A program made the position numbers and the translations under genes. A stretch of DNA of 64,000 nt from Thermococcus sp. JdFR-02. Lineage in GTDB: Archaea > Methanobacteriota_B > Thermococci > Thermococcales > Thermococcaceae. Below are positions 1 to 8,596 of this stretch, piece after piece. Position 1 is the stretch's first letter; each line of letters opens with the position of its first letter. Below the pieces are notes generated by a model. That model was not told the origin of the DNA, did no database searches, and worked only from the letters and a program-made list of their open reading frames with translations. Location of the stretch: contig MTLP01000012.1 in NCBI GenBank assembly GCA_002009975.1, positions 64,001 through 128,000 on the forward strand, read 5' to 3'.

Positions 1-626
1 TAACAGCAACTTTTGGTTTTAAAATTGGGATATCCGCTGTTTTGCATATTCCTAAAGAACAAGTGTCCTTGATTAACGAACTTTTATCTCGATATTCTGA
101 CGACTATGAATATTATGAGGTTAGAGCTTATCCAGAAAAACCTAAGAGATTTGGGGAGTGGAATCTTAGTTATGAATATGCTTTGTTAATGGATATACTA
201 AAAGAAGATGCTCGAACCAATATAACAGAGATCTCAAAGAGGCTTGGAAAAACAAGACCAACCGTCAGTTACATGACTAAAAGATTGGAAAAAACTGGAA
301 TAATAAGGGGCTATCTTGCTGTGTGTGATGTGGATGCATACAATCGGGGTTTTTGTGGAATTAGTGAGGAGCTACCTCCAGATATTATAAAGAAATTTAA
401 AGAACATGAAATACATGTAGGAGTTCTCAAACCAAAAGGATACATAATAGAGTGGTTCTTCTCTTCAAAGGAAGATATTGGGTTGAAAATTCTGGAATTC
501 AGTAAATATGTTAAAAAGTTCACAGTCCATTACTTTGATTATATCAAAAACTTGCCGAACCCATATAAGTTCTCGTTGAGGGTAAAAAAAGATGGGAGTG
601 GATATAGGTCAATATTAGACTTCTAA
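1..626 (+). CDS. Lrp/AsnC-like winged-helix protein, 5'-truncated by the window edge
   Basis: Frame is open from position 3 (ACA GCA ACT TTT...). HTH motif ILKEDARTNITEISKRLGKTRPTVSYMTKRLEKTGII lies mid-protein, implying a duplicated-domain Lrp-like protein. Confidence 0.75.
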   Translation, partial: TATFGFKIGISAVLHIPKEQVSLINELLSRYSDDYEYYEVRAYPEKPKRFGEWNLSYEYALLMDILKEDARTNITEISKRLGKTRPTVSYMTKRLEKTGIIRGYLAVCDVDAYNRGFCGISEELPPDIIKKFKEHEIHVGVLKPKGYIIEWFFSSKEDIGLKILEFSKYVKKFTVHYFDYIKNLPNPYKFSLRVKKDGSGYRSILDF

Positions 627-1547
627 GGGGCAAAATTCTATCCCAAAAGGGTCGCCGCTGGCTTGAAATTCTATTGCTCTACAATCATGGCATATATACC
701 TAAACGGACAATGTGCACAGCTTTCTATTTCGTTCTTGGTCATTTTCCAAAATTTTCTTAAACGATTCTTCCTTGCCAGTTTTCTAATCCCTTCCTCTTT
801 TGCATCTCCAATCACGAATCCTCTAAGGAGGGGACAGGGCAGTGCATATCCATCAGCTGTTATGGTTAGATTACCTGAGAGACAATCGTGATAAACATTT
901 GTATCTGGCTTACGTGTTCTTTTTAGTTCCAGAAGGTTAAGCTTTACCTTTTTTAGTGAACCGGGATAGATTACATCTAAGTATATTTCCCCCTCAAAGT
1001 CTATTGATGTATTTAAGAACTCCTTGTATTTTTCTTGAGTTATTATAATCAACGCTCCATAAGCCCAATTCAAGCTTTCTATCTTTTCAATGTTTTCTCT
1101 GCTGTAAACTGCTTCGACTATTACCTTAACACCTTTAACATAATTTACCTTATCCACATCCTCAATCCTCAGAATCACATACACATTGGGTATGCCTATA
1201 CTTACAGCATACTCTGCGATTTTCATAAGCCGTTCAGCACTGTCATAGTTTGTTAAATATAACTCTCTCCCATTTGCAAGATAGAATTCATTTATGAGTT
1301 CCATCATTCTCTCATCACTTAATGGTTCTCTTCTGAGTATGAAGTTATTGTTTCCAATGCAGCCAATTGATCTTGGAATTCCAGTTATTTCAGAGAATTC
1401 TCCCTTTCCTTCACCTAATTGAAGTATCAGCCGTTCAAGTTTTCCTGAGTGTTTACGGTTTGTCCATGGGGGTTTTGCTATGGAGACGATATTTGGGACC
1501 TTTCTAATGTTGTCATAACTTAATAGTGTCTCCCTTATTTTTTCCAT
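615..1547 (-). CDS. SPASM-domain protein with a degenerate radical-SAM-like N-terminus
   Basis: C-terminal SPASM cysteines (HDCLSG..ITADGYALPCP..CAHCPFRYICHDCRA..FCP) but no CxxxCxxC motif. ATG at 1547 follows an AGGTGAGG RBS; the ORF track starts at GTG 1556. Confidence 0.8.
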   Translation of the reverse strand: MEKIRETLLSYDNIRKVPNIVSIAKPPWTNRKHSGKLERLILQLGEGKGEFSEITGIPRSIGCIGNNNFILRREPLSDERMMELINEFYLANGRELYLTNYDSAERLMKIAEYAVSIGIPNVYVILRIEDVDKVNYVKGVKVIVEAVYSRENIEKIESLNWAYGALIIITQEKYKEFLNTSIDFEGEIYLDVIYPGSLKKVKLNLLELKRTRKPDTNVYHDCLSGNLTITADGYALPCPLLRGFVIGDAKEEGIRKLARKNRLRKFWKMTKNEIESCAHCPFRYICHDCRAIEFQASGDPFGIEFCPLEV

Positions 1548-1727
1548 AAACCTCACCTAATCTCTTTAGAGGGATATTGATATATTAACTTTTTCTATTC
1601 CGATTTTTGTTACTATTAACAGTAGTTTGCAAAATATGCATAGATAACGCTTTGTAATATTATTGAAACCAAAAAGAACTAAATACAATATTTCCATGCA
1701 TTTTCTAAACTTAATGCTGTGAAAAAT

Positions 1728-2594
1728 TCATAATTTAAAACTATTATCATCGCTGAATTTTTTAATTCTATCCTCACTTTGCAGGATAATTGCCCCTAAT
1801 ATTATGAAAAAGGCACCAAGTAGTTGTCTGCTTGTTAGGACTTCTCCAAAGATTAGATAAGCCAAAATTAAAGCTACAACGGGCTCGATTGTTGCAATTA
1901 TTGATGCTTTGCTTGCTTCCACTTCTTTTAGTGCTCTGTTGTATAGAAGGTAAGCTAAGAAGGTTGGAAAGAATGCCAGTGCAAATAAGTATGGTAACGC
2001 TTCAATAGGCACGCTGAATTTGGAGAAAGGCATAAGAAATAATGCCCCAAATCCAATAGTGTATAGGAGCGCTTCCTGCGGTTCGTCATTTCTCATTGCA
2101 ATCTTGCCAAATATTCCATATAACGCATAGGTGAGCCCGGATAAAAGTCCAAGGGTTATGCCTAAAAGATTAATCCTCCCATTAATTTGAGTGACTAACA
2201 TGATCCCAAAGATGACCATGATTAATGAGATGGTTTTCATTTTTGTTATCTTCTCCTTAAAGATTAAGTATCCAAGGATTGTTGAGTATATTGGGGCTGT
2301 GTAGAGTAGTAGGACTGCTAAAGAAACAGAAGATACTTTTACAGCATAGAAATAAACTGAATAAAACAAAAATACAGTAAAGAAGCCATAGGTAGCATAA
2401 AAAGGCAATCGTTCTTTTTTTACTTCTAAACCCTTAACGGTATTATAAATTAATAAGATCAAAAATGCTATGATTGCTCTATAAAAAATTATGGTAAATG
2501 GATCTAAATTGAATCTATATAAAAGCTTGGCAAAAATACCTAGAGTACCCCACATGCTAGCGGCTAAAAAAACTAAAAAATAGCCCTTCTTCAT
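1728..2594 (-). CDS. EamA/DMT family transporter
   Basis: About 10 TM segments, duplicated EamA pattern (MWGTLGIFAK, LLYTAPI, IIATIEPVVA). Confidence 0.92.
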   Translation of the reverse strand: MKKGYFLVFLAASMWGTLGIFAKLLYRFNLDPFTIIFYRAIIAFLILLIYNTVKGLEVKKERLPFYATYGFFTVFLFYSVYFYAVKVSSVSLAVLLLYTAPIYSTILGYLIFKEKITKMKTISLIMVIFGIMLVTQINGRINLLGITLGLLSGLTYALYGIFGKIAMRNDEPQEALLYTIGFGALFLMPFSKFSVPIEALPYLFALAFFPTFLAYLLYNRALKEVEASKASIIATIEPVVALILAYLIFGEVLTSRQLLGAFFIILGAIILQSEDRIKKFSDDNSFKL

Positions 2595-2604
2595 TAGGAA
2601 ACCC

Positions 2605-3369
2605 TCATATTTCTGGTCCTATTGGAAGTCTTCTTTTGTGCTCGCTTTTTTTGACCAATTTTTCAACATGTTCGACTTTTTTCATGGGGATTTCAAGTTC
2701 TTTAGCAATCTTCTCCTTTGGAACCTTTAAATCGATCAAACGATGCAGGATTTCATCTAAGAGTTTATAGCTTATTCCAAGCTCTCCTTCATCTGTTTGT
2801 CCTTCCCAAAGACCAGCAGTTGGTTTTTTATTAATTATCCTTTCGGGAACGCCTAAGCGTTTAGCTAACTCCCAAACTTCTGTTTTATATAAGTTTATTA
2901 GAGGTGCATAGTCACTTGCCCCATCTCCCCATTTTGTGTAATATCCTGTCAAAAGCTCGCTTTTGTTGCTTGTTCCCAAAACGAGCAAGTTTTTGGCATT
3001 TGCATGGGCATAAAGTAAAATCATCCTTGTTCTAACCATTATGTTGCCCTTTGTAACTCTATCAGCTTCAAAATCTAAGCTTTTTTCAAAGACATCAACT
3101 ATGGGCTTTATCGGAATTATCTTGTATTCAATTCCTAAGGTCTCACAAACCAATTTAGCATCCTCAACATCTTGGTTTTCATAATAAGGCAATATTAAGC
3201 CAAGGACTTTTTCTTTTCCCAAGGCTTTTACAGCTAAAAAAGCAGTTGTAGCACTGTCAATTCCACCACTAACACCTATGACAACCCCATTTGTTTTGCT
3301 TTCCTTAACTTTTTCTTGAATAAATAAAACAATTTTATTAATTACCTCATCATAGTTTAGACTCCTCAT
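2605..3369 (-). CDS. nadE: NH3-dependent NAD+ synthetase
   Basis: [11 protein letters not shown]-loop, [34 protein letters not shown] motifs. ATG follows GAGGTGA. Confidence 0.96.
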   Translation of the reverse strand: MRSLNYDEVINKIVLFIQEKVKESKTNGVVIGVSGGIDSATTAFLAVKALGKEKVLGLILPYYENQDVEDAKLVCETLGIEYKIIPIKPIVDVFEKSLDFEADRVTKGNIMVRTRMILLYAHANAKNLLVLGTSNKSELLTGYYTKWGDGASDYAPLINLYKTEVWELAKRLGVPERIINKKPTAGLWEGQTDEGELGISYKLLDEILHRLIDLKVPKEKIAKELEIPMKKVEHVEKLVKKSEHKRRLPIGPEI

Positions 3370-3374
3370 GAGGG

Positions 3375-3845
3375 TCACCTCTTCAAGTGTTTTTCCATAA
3401 ATCTAACATAACCAGCCATACTTAATACTGTACCAACAATCATTAAAATAAATGCTAGTATTGAAAGGGAAGAAAAGGGGTAGTTAACTCCATTGACTTT
3501 ATAAGAATAAGTTAAGTTTCCCTTTTGTATATGTATTGTGGGTCTTGAGATTGGGGTTAAGTTTAGGCTCTCATTGTGGAGGAAATAGTATTTTATACTG
3601 TTAGCTTGAATTACGTAAAATGATGCATTTTCAGAAAAGAGTGTGAGAGTTCTGTTTGTTATATAATACCTCTTTTCAAACTCTTCATCACCTATGACAT
3701 GCTCGCCTACACCCAAAACGCCTCTGTTTTCATAACTTTTTTCAACTCCATGCATAGCTAAAAGCGATAAGACTAAAGCAAATATGAGGGACAATATTCC
3801 AAACTTTATCAAAGGAAACTTGATGGCTTCTTTCAGTGAAGTCAT
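3375..3845 (-). CDS. Hypothetical membrane protein with N- and C-terminal TM helices
   Basis: Two hydrophobic helices flank a soluble domain. AGGTGA RBS. Lies between oppF and nadE. Confidence 0.75.
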   Translation of the reverse strand: MTSLKEAIKFPLIKFGILSLIFALVLSLLAMHGVEKSYENRGVLGVGEHVIGDEEFEKRYYITNRTLTLFSENASFYVIQANSIKYYFLHNESLNLTPISRPTIHIQKGNLTYSYKVNGVNYPFSSLSILAFILMIVGTVLSMAGYVRFMEKHLKR

Positions 3846-3880
3846 GATTTTCACCTAAAAGTAAAGAAGAAAAAGAGGCT

Positions 3881-4888
3881 TTAAATCTTTCCAGCGAGCC
3901 AACATTCTACCCAATGGTTGTGCTCGTATTCGATTAACTGTGGATGCTTAACGTCACAAAGCCCCTTCTCCATATAGATACATCTTGGATGGAATCTACA
4001 TCCTGAAGGAATATTCACTGCGCTTGGAACTTCACCTTTAATTGGCACTTCTTTGATTATGTTTCTTCTTTCTGGAATAGGCTCTGGAACTGCTGCGAGT
4101 AAGGCTCTTGTATATGGGTGGATTGGATTGTCAATAACGACTTTTGCTGGACCCATCTCCACAATTCTTCCCAAGTACATGACTGCAATATAATCGGAGA
4201 AGTACCTTGCTGTTGAAAGGTCGTGTGTAATATAGAGATATGTAACTCCCATTCTCTCTTTAATGTCTTTCATTAGCTCTAAGATCTCTGCTCTAATTGA
4301 AACATCAAGCATTGAAACTGGCTCGTCGGCAACTATAAAGGTTGGATTCAAAATGAGTGCTCTTGCAATAGCAACTCTTTGTCTTTGACCACCACTTAAC
4401 ATGTGTGGGTGTCTTCCAACGTAGTCTTCTGGAGGAACGATTTTGACCATTTCTAGAGCTTTATACACTAATTCCTCTCTCTCAGCTCTTGTTTCACCAA
4501 TTCCATGAATTAATAGTGGTTCTTCCAGAACGTCATAGATTCTAAATCTTGGATTTAATGAAGAAAATGGATCTTGGAAAATCATTTGAACATGTCTTCT
4601 GTAATTTTTTACCTCCTCTTGAGTTTTTAATTCTGTCACATCTTGACCATTTAAGTAAAGTTTACCATCTGTTGGTTCAAGCAACTTCATAACTAACTTT
4701 CCAGTTGTTGTCTTACCACATCCGCTCTCTCCAACCAATGCAAACACTTCTTGCTTGTGAACTTCAAAGCTTACTCCATCCACTGCTCTAACATATCTAT
4801 GGGGTTCTCCTCTAAGTGCTCCAAGTAGTCCTCTCTTAATTGGGAAATATTTCTTAAGATTTTCAACCCTTAAAACTGGCTCAGCCAT
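3881..4888 (-). CDS. oppF: Oligopeptide ABC transporter ATP-binding subunit (OppF/DppF)
   Basis: Walker A GESGCGKT, LSGGQRQR signature, C-terminal PSGCRFHPRC oligopeptide domain. Confidence 0.93.
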   Translation of the reverse strand: MAEPVLRVENLKKYFPIKRGLLGALRGEPHRYVRAVDGVSFEVHKQEVFALVGESGCGKTTTGKLVMKLLEPTDGKLYLNGQDVTELKTQEEVKNYRRHVQMIFQDPFSSLNPRFRIYDVLEEPLLIHGIGETRAEREELVYKALEMVKIVPPEDYVGRHPHMLSGGQRQRVAIARALILNPTFIVADEPVSMLDVSIRAEILELMKDIKERMGVTYLYITHDLSTARYFSDYIAVMYLGRIVEMGPAKVVIDNPIHPYTRALLAAVPEPIPERRNIIKEVPIKGEVPSAVNIPSGCRFHPRCIYMEKGLCDVKHPQLIEYEHNHWVECWLAGKI

Positions 4889-4898
4889 TTTTCATCCC

Positions 4899-5858
4899 TC
4901 ACAATAACCAGCATGCTGCGTAGTGATCTTCATCAACTTTTGTAAGTTGAGGTATCTGTTCTTTACACACTTGCATTGCATATGGGCATCTTGGGTGGAA
5001 TCTACAGCCTGTTGGTGGTTTAATTAAGTTTGGTGGTTGTCCTGGAATAAATTCAAGCTTTTCAACATCTTCATGCAATCTTGGAATTGCTGATAGCAAT
5101 CTTTGGGTATATGGATGAGCTGGTTCATAGTATACCTTTTGGCTATCTCCAATCTCAACTATTTTTCCAGCATACATGACCGCTAATCTATCGCTAACTT
5201 CTGCCAAAATGCTTAAATCGTGGGTAATGAATATCATTGAGAGCCCAAGCTCTTTCTTAAGCTTCTTAAGCAAGTTTATGATTTGAGCTTGCACTATAAC
5301 GTCCAATGCCGTTGTAGGCTCATCTGCAATAACTACTTCTGGATCTAAAAGCAATGCCATTGCAATGACAACTCTCTGCTTCATTCCACCGCTTAGCTCG
5401 TGTGGGTATCTATAAACAATTTCTGGATCTAATCCTACTAACTCTAAATATCTTTGAGCCTTGTTTAAGGCTTCTTCTTTTTCCATGCCTTTGTGATAGA
5501 GTAAAGGTTCGATCATTTGATAACCAACTGTATAAACTGGGTTTAATGCGTTCATAGCACCTTGGAATATCATTGAGATTTTTTGCCATCTTATTTCTCT
5601 TCTCATAACGTTTTCAGGAAGTCCAACTATTTCCCTTCCATCGATTTTTATGCTTCCTCCAACTATTTTTCCTGGTGGTGTTGGCATGTTCATTAAAGTG
5701 AATCCAAGTGATGATTTACCACATCCGCTCTCTCCTGCTAATCCAAGGACTTCACCCTTCTTTAGCTCAAAGCTGACATCATCTACAGCTTTAACGACAC
5801 CTCTTGAAGTGAAATAATACATCTTGAGGTTTTTAACTTCAAGGACTGGTTTAGCCAT
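4899..5858 (-). CDS. oppD: Oligopeptide ABC transporter ATP-binding subunit (OppD/DppD)
   Basis: GESGCGKS, YPHELSGGMKQRV, DEPTTALD, PTGCRFHPRC. Confidence 0.93.
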   Translation of the reverse strand: MAKPVLEVKNLKMYYFTSRGVVKAVDDVSFELKKGEVLGLAGESGCGKSSLGFTLMNMPTPPGKIVGGSIKIDGREIVGLPENVMRREIRWQKISMIFQGAMNALNPVYTVGYQMIEPLLYHKGMEKEEALNKAQRYLELVGLDPEIVYRYPHELSGGMKQRVVIAMALLLDPEVVIADEPTTALDVIVQAQIINLLKKLKKELGLSMIFITHDLSILAEVSDRLAVMYAGKIVEIGDSQKVYYEPAHPYTQRLLSAIPRLHEDVEKLEFIPGQPPNLIKPPTGCRFHPRCPYAMQVCKEQIPQLTKVDEDHYAACWLL

Positions 5859-5868
5859 TTTACTCACC

Positions 5869-7308
5869 TCACAATCTCTTGAGTCTTGGGTTCAATACTC
5901 TATCTAATGCTACACCGATCAACACGAAGGTTAATGCTACCAGTGCAATTGCCAATCCTGGAGGAATAACCCACCACCAGTAGCCGTTAATTGTAGCACT
6001 TTGTGTTTGAGCATCGTAAAGAATTTGTCCCCATGTAACAGCAGTTGGATCACCTAATCCCAAGAAACTCAATGAAGCTTCAGTAAGAACTGCACCGGGA
6101 ACGTTTAATGCCATTGCAGCGAAAGCATATGGCATGATTTGAGGTAGTATGTGTTTGAAGATTATCCTTCCAGTTCCGGCACCTAAAGCTCTTGCTGCTT
6201 CAACATAAGTTTGCTCCTTAATCTGAAGTGCCATACTTCTTGCAACCTTTGCAATACCTGTCCAGTAAAAGATAACCATTAAGAACACGATTGTCCAAAG
6301 TGTGACGTGTCCCTTAAATGCAGCACCTAGGAGGATTAGGATTGGTAACACTGGTATTGAAGCTACAAACTCATTAACTCTTTGCATGAATTCGTCTCTC
6401 CATCCACCCAAATAGGCACTTGTAACACCGAATGAAATTCCAATCAACACTGTAAGCACAGCAACTGAGACACCAACGGTTAATGAAACTCTTGTTCCCC
6501 ATACCAATCCAGCCCATAGGTCTCTTCCCATATAGTCTGTGCCCATAATTCCATAGGTTCTACCTGTGAGTGTGATAACTATTGGGGTTAAATCTATTTT
6601 ATCGCCTTCATTGAATGTAAAGATTTCAATTAAGAATGTATACTTTCCGTGAAGTGGTTCTGGATTAATTAGTATGCCTGGTTGAGCTTTTGCAAATATT
6701 ACTCTCATAACGTCCATAGTGCTCTTTATAGTCTCTGTCCTTCCGGCAAGAGCTTTAGGGTCTTCAAACTCTGCAGCCCAATTAAATACATTGTTCACAA
6801 CAGCACCTGTTTTTGCTACTTGGAAGGTGGAGCCTTCTCTTAGTTCAGTTGTTAAAAGTTCAACTGTCTGCCCATCGGGTCTTACTAGTGTGATTGTAAT
6901 TTGTGCTGGGGAATTTATATCAGTGAGTTTTACCCCGATATTCTTAATTATCAAATCTTTTGGAGGAAGATCATACTGATTAATGTAGTCAAATTCAATA
7001 GCATAATACTTTATTCCACCACCTAAGTCTTGTTCTGGAGTTATTCTTAGATCATTGTATGTCAAAACTTCGTGAGCAGCCAGCTTTTTATTTGTGAAAT
7101 AATTGTACCAGATTGGAGGGACATTTGTTGGATTTCCTTCCCAGTATGTTGGCCACTTATCTGGAATATCTGGCTCAGTTATATATGGTGCTGCCAATGC
7201 TGTAAAGACTAGAAGGAAGAGTAAGGCTAACCCTAATAATCCACCCTTTTGTCTTCTGAATTCAAACCAGAAATCTTTTACACTCGCTTTAAAATCAACC
7301 CATCTCAT
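5869..7308 (-). CDS. oppC: Oligopeptide ABC transporter permease (OppC/DppC) with a large extracellular insert
   Basis: GTDYMGRD, EAA motif YVEAARALGA, EASLSFLGLG, NPRL ending. Confidence 0.92.
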   Translation of the reverse strand: MRWVDFKASVKDFWFEFRRQKGGLLGLALLFLLVFTALAAPYITEPDIPDKWPTYWEGNPTNVPPIWYNYFTNKKLAAHEVLTYNDLRITPEQDLGGGIKYYAIEFDYINQYDLPPKDLIIKNIGVKLTDINSPAQITITLVRPDGQTVELLTTELREGSTFQVAKTGAVVNNVFNWAAEFEDPKALAGRTETIKSTMDVMRVIFAKAQPGILINPEPLHGKYTFLIEIFTFNEGDKIDLTPIVITLTGRTYGIMGTDYMGRDLWAGLVWGTRVSLTVGVSVAVLTVLIGISFGVTSAYLGGWRDEFMQRVNEFVASIPVLPILILLGAAFKGHVTLWTIVFLMVIFYWTGIAKVARSMALQIKEQTYVEAARALGAGTGRIIFKHILPQIMPYAFAAMALNVPGAVLTEASLSFLGLGDPTAVTWGQILYDAQTQSATINGYWWWVIPPGLAIALVALTFVLIGVALDRVLNPRLKRL

Positions 7309-7319
7309 TTTAGCTCACC

Positions 7320-8381
7320 TCATGTCTGTTGAGAAGCTCCAACTTTAACTCTTGGATCTAGATAACCATAAGCTAGGTCTGCAAGAATCATGCTTATTAA
7401 GTACAAAGCCACTGTAACGAATGTAACACCCATCAAAAGTCTAACCTCATTTTGTTGAAGTGCTGTCCAGTAAAGCCTTCCCATACCGGGCCAACTAAAC
7501 ACAGCTTCGGTAATGATGGCACCACCAATTGAAGCTAAGAGTCCAAAGATTGTCATTGTAATGATTGGAGGAGCTGCAGCCCTCAGAGCATGTCCATAAA
7601 TTACCTTTCTCTCTGGAACACCTTTAGCTCTTGCAACCATAATGAAGTCTTCCTGCATTGTACCTATCATTATGTTTCTTGTTGTCCAAGCCCATCCACC
7701 AAAGAGAACGAAGACTATTGTTCCTACTGGAAGTACCATATGATAGAGAATGTCAGTGTAATAAGCGAATCCTTCTTTTGGGGGAGTTGATGTCATACCA
7801 CCGCTTGGGAACCAACCTAATTCAAAAGAGAACACCAGAATTGCTATCATTCCGAACCACCACATTGGAATACTGCTTGTAAGCATTGCTAATACTGAAA
7901 CACCTCTATCCAAAGTACTTCCTGCTACTTGTGCAGCTTTAACACCCAAGAGAAGACCTATTAAAATAACGAATATTTCTGCAGTTGTGAATAACAAGAC
8001 CGTTCTTGGAATGGCAGTAGCTAATATCTTTTTAACATTTGTTTCACCAAATATCGGCATTTTGGTATTTCCAAAGTTTAAAGTCAGTGTATCCTTTGTT
8101 CTTTTTACTACCCTATACCAGAAGGGCTTATCTAACTCATACACTCTAATAAGTCTATTGTACTCTCTTTGATACCATTCTTGAAACTTTTCTGGATCTG
8201 CACTCAGTTGTTTCTGAAGTTCGGGATTTGCCCTAAGTTTAAAGTTTATTTGCTCTTGAATGCTTGATCTCAGATCCTCTTCTGCAACTTTTGTGAAAAG
8301 GACTGAAACTAATAATGTAACTAAGGCTAGAACCAATGCAGCATTTAACAATCTAATTGCCAAATAACGTCCATATCCCAA
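7320..8381 (-). CDS. oppB: Oligopeptide ABC transporter permease (OppB/DppB)
   Basis: DFIMVARAKGV, ITEAVFSWPGMG, LDPRV motifs. TTG start after GGGGGTG. Confidence 0.92.
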   Translation of the reverse strand: MGYGRYLAIRLLNAALVLALVTLLVSVLFTKVAEEDLRSSIQEQINFKLRANPELQKQLSADPEKFQEWYQREYNRLIRVYELDKPFWYRVVKRTKDTLTLNFGNTKMPIFGETNVKKILATAIPRTVLLFTTAEIFVILIGLLLGVKAAQVAGSTLDRGVSVLAMLTSSIPMWWFGMIAILVFSFELGWFPSGGMTSTPPKEGFAYYTDILYHMVLPVGTIVFVLFGGWAWTTRNIMIGTMQEDFIMVARAKGVPERKVIYGHALRAAAPPIITMTIFGLLASIGGAIITEAVFSWPGMGRLYWTALQQNEVRLLMGVTFVTVALYLISMILADLAYGYLDPRVKVGASQQT

Positions 8382-8596
8382 ATCTCACACCCCCATGTTC
8401 ACATGAGTTCATTTTAGGATTTTATCAATCATCAACATTTTCAATCTTGTAAAACTTTTATATATTTTTCTATATTGACGAAAAAATTGAGAAAATGTTG
8501 TGAAGATTAATAACTGAAAAACTTTAACAGTTGAGAAGAATCAATTGCTAAAAATAATGAAAAATGTTAAAAATAAAGGTTTGAAAGAGAAGGATT

